Positions 28,086-41,644 of a stretch of 64,000 nucleotides of DNA are shown here, in pieces (within the stretch, counting starts at the first letter, position 1; every line of letters begins with the position of its first letter). Source of the DNA: Auanema rhodensis (taxonomy: Eukaryota > Animalia > Nematoda). Position numbers and translations under genes: made by a program. Under the pieces are notes generated by a model. It ran no database searches and was not told where the DNA came from. It was given only the letters and a program-made list of their open reading frames with translations. The stretch is taken from positions 6,076,001 to 6,140,000 of the forward strand of contig OZ059898.1 of the NCBI GenBank assembly GCA_964057225.1. The letters run 5' to 3'.

Positions 28086-30347
28086 TTAATAAGATGCATC
28101 ATGTGGAGTATCAGTACCAGGGGGAGCAGGCTCCTCTTCTTCTTTGATTTCTCTTCCTTCGTCTTTAGTTTTTTCAGATCTTCTGTGTCGCGAAGACCTC
28201 TCCTTATCCTTGCTTTCATCTTCATGCCGCCTACTGAAATATTGAAAAATAAGCTAAACTGAAGTTATTAGAAACTAAACCTTTTTTTCCTATCACTGTC
28301 ATCATCTCTTCTATCACGTTTTTTATCACGGTCATCAGATCGCTTCTTTCTTCCTTCAATGATATTATGTTAATATTAATTACAAATCTTGCATACCTTC
28401 AGGAGATCCACTTCTGCTTCTATGCCTTCGAGAACGTTCCACCCTATCACGGTCCTTTCCACGATCTCGATCACGTTCACGATCTCGGTCCCTGTCTCTA
28501 CGTTCCTCGCGATCATCTCTTCTTAATACAAACACTGTAAGTCATTTTCAAAATATAGATATCGAACCTTCGACTTTCTCTCTTAACAGGAGATCTTGAA
28601 CGACTCCTCCTTCTATATCGTCTTCTTTCATCTTCGCTAAAACGCCTTGATTAAAAAAAGAAAAGAGTTATAGTAACCTTTCTCTATCATCGTAGTCGCC
28701 CGAATCTCTTCGTATTCCATCATTATAATCTCCTCTGTTCATCATGCCTGGAGGCCGACCCATTCCTGGGGGTCCTACTTCTGAAATTTCTGTAAACGTT
28801 GATGATTTTTTTAAAACTCACGTTGATATCTTGGTTGCATTCCGTAACCAGGTGGTGGCATCATTGCATTAAAAACAGGAGGTGGCATATTAGTAGGTGG
28901 CATGCCCATTGGTCTTATACCAGGCGGTGGCATTGCAGGATTAAAACTAAATAAGAATTACATCCGGCAATAAAAAAACTGTTTCTTACCCAGGAGGTGG
29001 AACAGACATATTGATACTAGTAGATCCAATAGGCTGAATGGGCTGTTCTCCTGGTGGAACAACATCAACACCCGGAGGGCCGTCAACACTCGTGGACAGC
29101 GAAGGAGTTTCAATACCAGGTGGAGCATCAACACTTGAAGGATGTGCACTTTGAGCTAAATTAAAAGGAATATCTTTGAATGATGAATAGTTATCGTACT
29201 AATCGGAGGAATTGTTGGTGGAGGAAGAGTCATTCCAGGAGGAGGTTTACTAAAGTCCATTAACGGGGGCTGTGATGAATTGGGTATTGAAATCTGGATA
29301 AGAAATGATTAAAGAGGAGTTAAGAGCAATTTCTAACTACAGCATTGGGAGTAGCTGGTGTTGAAGTAGTAGAAGTTGGAGTTGCTTGAGCTGGTGCACT
29401 AGGAGTACCCCCAATAACAGTACGAACTATGGGCTAAAACATATATATATATAACTTTGCGAATAAAAGAAAGAAAACTAACCTCAGGTCCCTCAGGTTT
29501 ATGATAATGAGGCTTAAACCTGCCACCATTGTCTGTAAGTACTTTCACATTACTAGTAGTATTATTATCAGTAAGAGAAACGAGTTGTCGACCTCCAACA
29601 CCTGGAACAATCAAGTTCGGTAAGGTTTCAAAAAGTTTTTATTATGAATATACTTGAAGGCATTGCTAACGGATTAGCAAGATGAATATTAGAGAATATA
29701 GCTTTGTTCACTGCAGCTTGAGAAGTGAACTCAATACGCAGTTTCTTTTGTCTTTCACAATAAGTATTCCAAGAGTCTAAATAATACAATTAGAAAGAGA
29801 ATCCCGTAATAAGCACACCTTCGGTAAAGCCATAATTGAAATAATCGGTTATATCTGCTCCAGGTTTTCGCCAAGGTCTATCTTCCATCTAAACTTCCAA
29901 TGTAATTTTGAAACTCATACAAAATGCATCAAACTAACAGTGGCTAAATCCACATCATAGATAGGCTTATCATTTAGCATAGGTACAGCATCTACATCTA
30001 GCTTTCCGGCAGGTACTTGCCTATCACCACTAGCTGCTTTCTAAATACCGCGTATAAGTACTCATAATCTTTCAGGGTTTACATTAAATTGCACATTTAC
30101 AGGAGCTTCGATTTTTCCGATTGTTACATGAATATCATCGTCATCTTCATCATCAGAACCAGCGAGAGGATTAACTAAAGATAACACACAAGGTTTGGCC
30201 CTACAAAATATTTATACCATCATCATAGATTTCCTCATCCTCTTCGTCTTCTAATTGCTGCTGCAAACTTACGGAAGGTTTATCATCAAGCAAACCATTG
30301 CAATCTTCAGCTGAAACTCCAGGAGGCAAATCGTCAACCTGATCCAT
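28086..30347 (-). CDS. fipp-1: Pre-mRNA 3'-end processing factor FIP1
   Basis: The multi-exon gene encodes an acidic N-terminus, the Fip1 motif [45 protein letters not shown], a Pro-rich middle and an RD/RS-rich tail ending [12 protein letters not shown]. Confidence 0.93.
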
Positions 30348-30617
30348 CGTAATCTTGAAGAATAATTCATTTAAACTCTACCCTGAGTATTAAAATAAAT
30401 TAGGGATATCCCAATTAAATTGAAAGTTTTAAAAAAAAATAAACTTTATGCTTTCAGAAAATATAAGTATTTAATTCGGGTTATCTACATACAAAAGCTA
30501 AAACGAATTTCGAGATCTTTCATCTACGTTATTTGCAACTTTGGGGCAAGCCTATGGCAACTTCATTATCACCCTAAAACGGTACATAAAAACAATCATG
30601 GAATACATTTTTCTAAA

Positions 30618-32218
30618 TCATGCTTCAACGTCTAAAAATTTGTTGGGATAAAACAAAAGTCCTTCAATTGAGTCATCTCGGCAAATAAGGGCACGTTCTT
30701 CAGCAGCAAGGAGTCTATAAATTTCTGATCTTAAATTTCAAATCAAAAGATGTTATACCTCTCACGTGCCAATACCACTGTTATACCCTCAGTAACTGCT
30801 AGCTGATTGGGAGTGCAACTTCCATTTTGTTTCACAAATTGAGTAGTAGAATCTACAGTGCTATCAACAGACGAAGTACTCAATTGAACTACCAAAACAC
30901 CACTTGGAAACCGGTGTAATCTACAAATATAAACATTTAACTATGATGTACAGCGAAAAACAGACTCCAAAGGTGATTTGATATTTTCTAGAGCTTTACA
31001 AGCGCTTAAAACATCTTCTGGAGATAACAATTCCATACAGCGAGCACGATTTACTCGACAATAAACTTCTGGTAGCGTCATCATCCCTCCGTATGTCTAA
31101 ATTTCATAATAAAAAAAGAAAAATTAAAAAACCAAAAAACCTTTAGTGGTTCTTCAAGAATTTGTGTTAACTCTTCCGCAAGTTTTTCAAAGTACTTCGA
31201 ACCAGTTCCATAAGACGACTTGGTAACAGGATCAGACACACCAAGAGATAGTAAATATGATTTGAAAGCAACAGTCTAAACAAAATCAGATTTTAAAACC
31301 CAATTATATAAAACCGACTTCATCTTCAGTAATTTCCCCCTTGCGTGATCTTAATTTTTCAGCAATTCCTTTAGATAAGCCAACCATTTCTTTGGCAGAC
31401 TCCATTAGCTTTGACATATCTTCGAAAGCCCAAAATAGCAAAAAATTATAATAAAATAATTAAGCATTATATTTACCATGCTGATAGATTCATGAGTTCG
31501 CTGATGCTGTTCAACTAATCTTTTCTCTATACCTGCTACACCTAACGATTTCAATTGTCCATGACTATTACGACTCTATAGAATAAAAAAAATAAGTTAA
31601 AGTTTTATCCGCATAGCCATACTCCACTAGAACTAGAACCAGAACTATGCCTTTGCCATGTTTTCCGCTTTAAAGCTTCGTCATATCGCTTGCAAAACTG
31701 AAGAAAACCGCGATCAACAAAAAACCAACAAATATACCTCTTCTTCTCCACCGCCTTTAAAAATAAGTTTAATATGATCGAATTGACTGGAATTGATTGG
31801 TCCAATTTGCCCTTGAGGTGGATGCTCCAAGCGTATAATAACTTTAGCGCCTTGAATTGAAATATTAGTTGTTTTTATATGTTATATGTTACTTCGACTA
31901 AACATAGATTTATGATGTTTTTCAAAGGATTTTACCAATGAATGGTGCAAGATTAACCGTCGATCCTAGAAGTAGAACATTTTTACAAGAAAATAATTAT
32001 ATCACCTACAGGATCACTAGAATCAGCCCAAATTATACGATGTAGTGTAATTGAAGCTGTGCCTTGTTCGAATTCGGTCTATACTTATTTGAATCATAAA
32101 AAAAAACTTTCATTGAACTTACTTGTTTAGAGTCCCCATCATATATTCCAACATGACCGGCTTGGCAAAGTATATCTTCCATACTCTCACAGGGAGTATA
32201 CCACGCCAATCGATTCAT
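30618..32218 (-). CDS. vps-36: ESCRT-II subunit VPS36 (GLUE + EAP30 domains)
   Basis: [101 protein letters not shown]. One intron has a non-AG acceptor (see findings). Confidence 0.93.
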
Positions 32219-33384
32219 TGTTAAGATCTCAAATAAAACAAACATTTTTTATTCATAAAACATACAGTTATTAATACATAATATTTGAAAAATTTGTTTT
32301 GAAAGCACGAAAAAGTTTAGTAAATTAAGAAGCTTGTACGTTGGTTAGAAGTTGAAGAACATAGCACCAAATCGTTAACTAGTGCTCCTTTGCAATTATA
32401 CACCCACGGCTGTGTAAACAACGTGCAAGAGACTAACTCAGACATGTAACAGATTGAAGTATTAGTATCACAACTTCTGCACGTATTACTTACAACCTTA
32501 TGAATTGCCAGAAAAAAACGGCAGTTTGAGATTTCACATGTACCTTTTCAGATATAAACTTTGTAATAAATGCGAGTGCTGTATTGAATTTGAGAAATGG
32601 ATGAAAAAAAAAAAATATTTATAGAGTCCTCTTATTGTTAATTTAGGCTCAACCTGTCATATAAATAGTTTAACTAAAAATCATTGTATAACATGAAAAT
32701 TGTTCAGAAAAATTAATTTTGAGTAGTAAAAGCAACCGCTTTGAAGACCAACAGACGCGAAAATAAAATTTAAAGTGACGTAGCACGTAAAATTCCAAGC
32801 TTCAGCGAGTGAAGTAAATTGAAAACAATAGGAAATATCTGTTCTTTTTTTTATCTTTTAATTTCCAGTTTTCCAAGCTTTAACAAAATCATCAATTCTT
32901 TTAATCAATAAAATATCCAAATTTGTTTATTCAAAAACGTCTTGGAAATAATTTGTTACAACCGTAACTACAATCAAAGCAAATGGCATTTCTAAAAATG
33001 GACAGTACTTTGTGTGAACGATAATGCAACCTATGATCTTGTCATCTACTACTTATTTGCATGGATAATGATAAATAATTAAGCGATAATAAATAAATAC
33101 ATTAAGTGAACACTTGTCATCGCATTTGTCATTAACGCAAGGCTTTCTAATAGCATTATTGCTGAGTTTGATTTTCTTAAAGATGTGAGTTAGTGAAGAA
33201 AAAACAGGTCAAGGTACAAACATACTCTTAAGAGTTTACATGGGTACTACTTGAAATAAATACTAAGATACAACAGTTCTTCTATTATGAACTTATAATC
33301 TACTATTTACAATTAAATAAAGCATCGATCTAAATTTTGGAAAAAATATAAGTACAATTACAACTCTTGGAAGATTTTCCTTGC

Positions 33385-36185
33385 CTATTGGTAGGAGCTA
33401 ACATATTTATCATAGGCATCCTGGGTAGGATCTTCTTCTGTTGCATTAATAGCTCCATAATTAGAGTTCATTACACTAGTTGTGTTGAAGGCATTGGTGA
33501 GTTTACCATCTCTTGCCATTGGTACTCCTTGAGGAGCTAAATGTAAGTTTTTAGAGTTGTATTTTATTGCAATCTTACCCATCATATCCATTTCATCTTC
33601 TTCAAACATATTACTGCTGTATTTGATTCCTTCGTATTTAAATAGTTTGTTTAGGCCATATCCACCTCCACAAGCAATAGTACAGATCACGGCATACAAG
33701 AAGAAAGCAAGTCTTGATCCTATCAATTGCATTTTATATTATATAGAAAAATATCAAAAACGATGAGGAAAAAATAAAATCTACAAATTCATATAAATTA
33801 GCTCATACTTACCAACATTGCTAATTACGATACCACCAACAATGCTTCCCAATCCTCTTCCGATTCCATTGAACAAAAATTGCAATAGGTATTGAGCGGA
33901 CGATTTTACATGTGGAGGCGAAATCAAGGTAATATAGGATGAAGCCGTTGCCCAAACAGTTGCATTACAGAATCCTAATTAAGGGTGTTAACATATATTG
34001 AAAATATTTAACTGAAAACCTTGAGCTACTTGAAGTGGGAGTACTAACCATGGATTGGATAGCCAACTCAAGGCAAGAAAACGGAGAACGTTTATACCAA
34101 GACAGATATACATCACCTTAAGAATATGTATAAAATTTTTCTCATAGATGTCTTATACGCTCACCTTTACATGACCATACTTGTTTATTACTTGGAAGAC
34201 ATAAAAATAAGCAATTATTTCCGAGACATGATTGGTAACTGATAAAATACCAAATAGAACAGGAGATCCACCAAGATCCTAATGTCGACCATGATGTTTT
34301 TAAAAGAAATGATAGCAAACCTGTAGATGCCAAAATAGGAAAGAAAACACTAATCCAGCTCCTCCTCCCATTATGCATACAGAAGAGAGGTATATTATCA
34401 TATGAGTATTTGCCATCGCTTTTGCAGCAGCAAGAACAGTATTTTCTTGATTTGTCCCATCAACCTATTATTTTTGAAATAGGAGTATACTTTTTTGATA
34501 AAACTCACTGTAAACTGCCGAGCTCTTGCTTTTTCGGCAACAACATGAGAAACCTCAGCTTCGCGTGTGTCCATAACTAAACCCATGACTTCATCAGGCC
34601 TGGCAATGTCATCTCCGAATTTAAATTGAGTACCTAATTTTAAACCAAATAATAAAAGAAGCAAGCCAGATATTACCCAATAGCATAGCTGCTGCCATGA
34701 AAAGTGCACAAAAAATGAAGCAAAGTACATAATTCTTTTCAGTAGTATTTTCTAAGAAGAAATGGTTACATGATTAAACATATAAAATCTTCACCAGTTG
34801 GGCATGGATGATTTCTAAAAGTATTTGAATAATCAAGTCCTACTCCCATCAAGAACATGGCTATTCCCCATCCAACTGAAGCGAACAGGCGACTTTTTCC
34901 GAACTATGAAAGGTATTATACTCTTTTTTTTTCTAATTAGTACCTCAGCTGGATTTTCTTTGGTAGCTTGAAGAGTAGCAGCATCAGCCAATGGCAGAGT
35001 AGGTGACGAAAAGAACTCTCCCAAAGCAATTAGTAGTAAAAGTAGCATGAATGCCTGATTTTTTGAATATTAGGACATATAGAAGTTCTGAACACCTACT
35101 TGTTCAACTGCCGGCTGGCGATATACGCGAGTAGAATGTGGTGGAGATACTAGAACTCCATATTCATTTTCATCATAATTGCAAACCTGAACAGTTTTTA
35201 AAAAAATAAAAAGTTCTTTAAATCCTTACACGTTCTCTAGTTATGAACTCAGGAGCCATTCCGACAACCATATCTTCATCGTTTTCAAACGTACTTAAGT
35301 CAACAAACTTGTCAATAAGTTCTGAATATAATAGTCTCAGAGTTCATATGAATACTATTACGAACGGTTTTGAGCTTGACGTTTATTTCTACCAACAACA
35401 GCTTCCTTCAGCATTCCCAAAGCTCCACCACGGATAACTTTCCCAGCGGGAGCAAGAACAAATTGACAGGAAGCGTTACGTTCCGAAGGAAATAAATATT
35501 AAACATCGATTAATAGGGGTTTAAAACCTGGTACTAAAACAACACAATATGGAGTAACAGGTTGTACAAATCCCACGGCAAGAGTGAATACGATTAAGGA
35601 TCCAGTTGAGAACATTAAAAGAAGCTTTTGCTTTCTTAATCAAAATCGTTGCTGTGATTGAAATAATTGATCTAATTACCTAAATCTACTAGCAAAGGAA
35701 CTCCAGAATGGGCCAGAAGCAAACTCAACAAGTGGTCTACATCCCAGAAGTATTCCAGACTAAAACCAACATTGTTTTAATATTTAATAGTGAAAATATT
35801 TTTAGTTTGAATATCTCTAATTTTTTGTCCTAAAACAATATGTAGAATAAATTAAACAGGTATTTTGTCCAAAGAACAGAAGATGTTACATCGTTTACGA
35901 AAGAAAAACAAAGACTATATTTTTTTGATTTGATTTCAAATGTAATACGCTATATTCTATTTTTAAGAAAGCAAATCTAACGAATGATGTCATTGTATTG
36001 ATTTAGAGAGGGTCACAAACCTGAGCTGCAGTCATGCCTAATTGCTTGAAATAGACTGATAGAAGAGGGAAAAGTGAGCCAAAAGCGGCAAAAAAGGCAA
36101 GGTAAAATAGTCGACATATAAAAAGATCTCTTGATATAACTCGTCCAAGTATTGTAACTGTTCGTTCTCCTGCTTGGTTCTCCAT
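33385..36185 (-). CDS. mfsd-6: Major facilitator superfamily protein MFSD6
   Basis: MENQ..RLFYLAFFAAFGSLFPLLSVYFKQLGMTAAQ/SGILLGCRPLVEFASGPFW..GEFFSSPTLPLADAATL..FGKSRLFASVGWG..FLFWHLQ/DLGGSPVLFG..NGIGRGLGSIVGG. Stop is TAG at 33387-33385. Confidence 0.92.
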
Positions 36186-38073
36186 TTTGGCGGAGGCACC
36201 AATATTCCGAACAACCAAAAAACGACTAAAATAGTTCAATTTTAGTATACATACATGTTTAAACCATTGTTCAAACAAAGCATAATAAGCAAAAATATAA
36301 AGACAATTGGTATAAAACTGAAAATGGGCATAGCAATGCCAGGGCAGGAATGTGAGATGGACTCAGATCGAAGCTTAGAAGTAGAAGCAAAGGCTTCGGC
36401 GAAGAGATATAGTGTAAGTATTGGAGAATAGAGACACCATTCTGAAGGCAATAGAGAAGCAGGCAACTGAAGGCAATCGATGGTGAACAGCATTCTGCCA
36501 GCTCTCGGCACAAGCTTTTGGTTTGAAGCAGCAAGAGGGAAATATAGAGAAGAAAAGAAAGAAAAAGGAAGAGAGTTAGACATAGAAGAGGGGAGAGTAG
36601 TTGCTATTCTAGTAATTCATCTACACCAACAACCTACTGAGGTTATAATGGATGAATTATGCATACGCAAAAGTTCAAAGTTTAAACAAAAAGATTAAAG
36701 AAATCGTAGTCGATTTTTCTTAACTTTCTTAGAATTATCTCAATAAATACTGGTTCCATAAACTCGGCAGGAGTCTCTTGAAAAACTTCTGGTAGCTAAG
36801 TAATTTTTCATATTTCCTGATGCATGCAGAATTATTCAAACTTGAAACGAAAAGCACTTATGAGAAAAAAAAATTATATACAATCTAAGCCTACATAACC
36901 CTTCATATGTTGAATGGTTCGACAGTCAAATAATAGAAACAAACGTTGCTTATTATGGAATTTAATTTTAAATTTATTTTACAAACCATATATTTTATTT
37001 TACTTACTTAGGAATGTTTTAGTTCGAACAATAACATAAAGGATATCGCTTGTTTGTCGTGTCTTTTTACAATGAAGTATACAAGATTGTTACTCTAATT
37101 GTACTTGATTTTTTGAACCGATAATCTTAGATTGATTGCAGAATACCTGCTTCTTTGTTTTCATTAACAAAGATTAAATCGCATAATGTGTGTGCATTTT
37201 CACAAATAACTAAATACATCTTACGCATACGTGAATTTTCTTTCTTTTTGCACCTTCAGTGAATGCTCCTCCAGAACTACACTTTCTTATAATCTTAATT
37301 TTATTAATTTCTATTTGTATTGCAAGAAGAATATTATTTTTTTAAATATTTTTAAAAAATACTATTGTTTTTCTTATTTTCAATAATTCATATTCATTAA
37401 TTAAATACAAGAAAGAGTACTTATTTTTGAAATATCGAGTTTAATATCGATTGGCATTAGTCGAACTTAGGCAATTTTTCAGATATCTGGTGCGTTCTTG
37501 AATTTTTATTTCAGAACATTCTATTTAATGAATTGATTAGATATTATAGGTATCTTATCATCCTCGAGTTCTCTCTTATCATTTCATTAGATTATTTATG
37601 AAAGGATCCCTAAAGAAGGGTTTTCCCAAAACATGTCTTTACCTTGATGTGCCAATTTTTGAAACGTTTGTTGTAAAAATACTATGGTCTGATTTAAATG
37701 CTGTTCACACCAGTTCTGTTTTTTTAATGTTCATCCATTCAGGAATTCTTTAAAAGGAATATATTTAGATAAGACAATCAAGGAACACTATTCGTGTAGT
37801 TTTGCCGTCAATTTCCTCATGATGTTTTTCAAATTTTTAACTATTCTTCTCTGAACTAAAGCTATATTATCATTCGGGCAGTCTTATGAAATTCTTTAAT
37901 AATGGTGAAAACTAGGAAATCACGTTATCAGAATTCAACGTGATTGATGATGTTAACGATAATTTCGTAATGCTAGACATTTTCTATTTAAACTTACAAT
38001 TCTTATTAATTCTTGTTGTTTGAAGATCCATTATTTCTGGTGTTATGATCATTAAATCGTTACAGGTTAGGAA

Positions 38074-39844
38074 ATGCTGTCTGCAAGATTATTTCGCAAT
38101 TTCACTAAAACTTCAGCAACTGCTTCTAGATCTTTAACTGCTCAACAAATTTTTGAAAAAGAGAAAAAATATGGTTGTCATAACTACAAACCAATCCCAG
38201 TTGCACTATCCAAAGGAAAAGGTTCTAATATAATCAGTTTTTTCTTTTTTAATTCTGGAATTATCCAGGAGTCCATGTTTGGGATGTCGCTGGCAAACGC
38301 TATTTCGACTTTTTATCTGCTTACTCCGCCGTTAATCAGGGACACTGCCATCCAAAGCTCGTTAAGGTTAGTTTTGTATTATTATTTCCAACATATTCTT
38401 TTTTTCAGACAATGCAAGAACAATGTGAAGTTCTGACTCTCACATCTCGTGCTTTTTATAATAATGTTCTCGGAGATTTCGAAGAATACATCACAAAGCT
38501 TTTCAAGTATGACAAAGTTTTACCCATGAACTCAGGTAGCATTAGTAGAAGTAGTCGATGACTAGCATTAAAAATTTAAGGTGTCGAAGCATGTGATTCT
38601 GCTGTAAAGTTAGCTAGACGTTGGGCTTATGATGTTAAGGGTGTTCCAGATGGTCAAGCAAAGGTACTAGTTATCTTATTTTTTCGAATTTATTAATATC
38701 CGAAAATATTTAAGGTTGTATTTGCCAAAGACAACTTTTGGGGTAGATCTATTGCTGCTATTTCTGCATCTACTGATCCAGATTCATTTGCTCGCTTTGG
38801 GCCTTATGTACCAGGGTTCGAAACAATTGAATACAATAATATTTCTGCTGTTGAGGTCAGAGAACTTTTGAAACCTATATAACATTTGTACTTTTGTACA
38901 GAAAGCTATATCTCATCCAAATACTGCTGCTTTCATGATTGAACCTATTCAAGGAGAAGCTGGAGTTGTCGTTCCAGACAAAGGATATTTGAAAGTATTA
39001 TATCAAATAATCTGAATCAATTTGATACACATATTACAGGCTGTTTCTGATTTATGCAAAAAGTATAATGTATTATTCATTACTGATGAAGTTCAAACCG
39101 GGCTGGGAAGAACTGGAAAGTGAGATTGCTATTTTTTTCAAAAGTCATGCATTGTATTTTTAGATTATTAGCTCATTATCATGACAATGTTCGCCCAGAT
39201 ATTGTTATCCTTGGAAAAGCTTTATCCGGTGGAATGTACCCAGTAGTATTATATGGTGTTACATTAAAAAAAACGTCATTTTTCAGGTTTCTGCTGTTTT
39301 ATGTGATGATTCTATCATGATGAATATTAAGCCAGGTCAACATGGGTCAACTTATGGCGGCAATCCTCTTGCTGCTAAAGTTGCTATTTCTGCTTTAGAA
39401 GTATAAGCATAAATCAATCTTATAGCTATAATGTTGTTTCAGATTTTACAAGAAGAAAACCTTATCGATAATTCTGCCAAAATGGGAGAAATCCTTATGT
39501 CTAAACTTCGCACTTTGCCTACCGATGTCGTATCCACTGTTCGTGGTCGTGGGCTCCTCTGTGCTATAGTTATTAATTCAAGCATGTTATCTTGTCAGAA
39601 ATCTAACTAACGGGTTTTGTCTTCAGAATATGACGCTTGGAAAATTTGCATGAAACTGGCTGAAAATGGATTGCTTGCAAAAAATACTCATGGTGATATT
39701 ATTCGATTTGCTCCACCTCTTTGCATAAACGAGAAAGAAGTAAGAAATATTTTTTTACATTCAGAAATATATATATATATTTAGATCAACGATGCTGCTG
39801 ATATTATTATAAAAACTATCAATGAATTTGTTGAATCACAATAA
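38074..39844 (+). CDS. oatr-1: Ornithine aminotransferase (class III PLP enzyme) with a mitochondrial-type N-terminus
   Basis: [74 protein letters not shown] and [11 protein letters not shown] are spread over 11 exons. Confidence 0.95.
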
Positions 39845-40561
39845 TTTTTTGTCAATAAAGGGTTTTTATTTTTTTCCCATGTTTATTCAAAGCAATTTTG
39901 GTAGTTATTTTGTGTATTTAAACTTAATATAGCTGGGTAGCTGGGTTGTTATTTAACCCTAACCTAGTGGATCGTGAAGAGTGTCAGAGGTCGAAGGATG
40001 AGAGGATGCTATGGTATAAACAAGTTTTGACACTAATCAGCGAGGAGAGATAATGTAGAGATTAGAGGACATAGAGTATTCGTCAAGGGCATGTATTGTC
40101 GATTGACATAATGGATTTAGGAACACTTGTATATTCATATCATCTATATTGGATAGTATTTAGAAAACTAGAATCTTAACCAATTCTTTTATTATTTTTT
40201 AAGGAATGCCAAAAAGCTTAAGCATCCTGATCAAAAAAAAGATAAACTAGCTATCTATATCTATATATGTATATGATAAGTGACTATTTGGGTTATTTAT
40301 CGTCAAATCGCGAATATCTATCTCCTTTGCTTCATTCTTTGATCATTTTTCTTAACCGAAGAAAAACTTTTAGCTAATTGGTATAGCAATGTAATTATTT
40401 TTAAACAGCGTGAATGCTTTCAACATCTCTAACTAGTTTTCAGTTCTACTAGCTTTTTTCAATATTTCTATCGTTATACACTTGAATTTTTGAAATTGTT
40501 TGAGTACTTTGCACTTTATGATTGTTCAAAAACTTCTATCCTTAATATTTTCATTTAGAAG

Positions 40562-41644
40562 ATGGTTCATAAGCGAGACTATGAAAAAGATGTCGTATAC
40601 CACTACTGCTTTCCAAGACCGGAAACAGTACCCAATGTTTCTCCATTTTCTTTAAAATTAGAAGCCTTTTTTCGCTTACATGGAATTCGTTATGAGGTAA
40701 GTCATAATCTTTATTGTTCTATATTCTGGTGAACGAGTTCAGAACATCCATACATATACAAAGCGATCCGCTTATGGTCTTCTCCCTTTCGTTGAGATAA
40801 ATGGACAAACAATCGCCGATTCCCAACTTATATTGGATAAAATAAAGACGATCTATAACATCAAGGTTTATTTTGTTACTCCTTATTATATAAAAATAGA
40901 ACAATTTAAAGGAGTATGATAGCTTAGAAGAAGCCGCTATTCATCGTGCTTTTCAAAGAATGATTGAAAATCATACTTTTTTGTAAGTGATACCGATGTA
41001 CACGTGTTTATTATCATTTTCAGTGTTCTAAATAAGTTCAAAGTAATCGATCGTATTGATGAAATGAGCAAAGAATTCGTAAAAAGTACCAATATTCCAA
41101 ATTATCTTAGACCAATTGCGAAACCAATTATAAAATGGAAGTTCGGATCTAAGGTGATGAGAAAAATATCATAATATTGTGTGTAACCATACCCTATAGG
41201 CTAAATCTCGTCAAAATGCAGCACTTGGAAATTATTCAGATGAAGATTTCAAAATGCTTCTGAAAAAAGACCTCGATGCTATTCGTGATTTTTTGGGAGA
41301 TAAAAAATTCTTGTCTGGAGATAAAATGTCTTCCGTAAGTTCCTTTCGCAATTCACCTTGACAAACAACATAGCTCCACCAAGATGGTAACCAATTATGC
41401 AACGGTGCTGATTTACTATTAAATAAATCGGAACTTTTATAAACAATTATTTTGTTGTTTTCAGACCGATTGTTCTGTTTTCGGAATTCTCGCCTCAGCG
41501 TATTACATCAAAATAGAGAACTATGCCAAGCAATTATTAAAAGTAGATTATCCAACGATAGTTGCATTTTTGGACAATGTTCGAGACCAACTTTGGAAAG
41601 ATGATTTTGAAAAAAAACCTGAAACATCAGCCGCACCTCAATAG
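40562..41644 (+). CDS. CDR / failed-axon-connections (FAXC) family GST-fold protein
   Basis: Six in-frame exons encode YEKDVVYHYCFPR..PNVSPFSLKLEAFFR..GLLPFVEINGQTIADSQLI..RMIENHT..DLDAIRDFLGDKKFLSGDK..DCSVFGILA. Confidence 0.88.
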
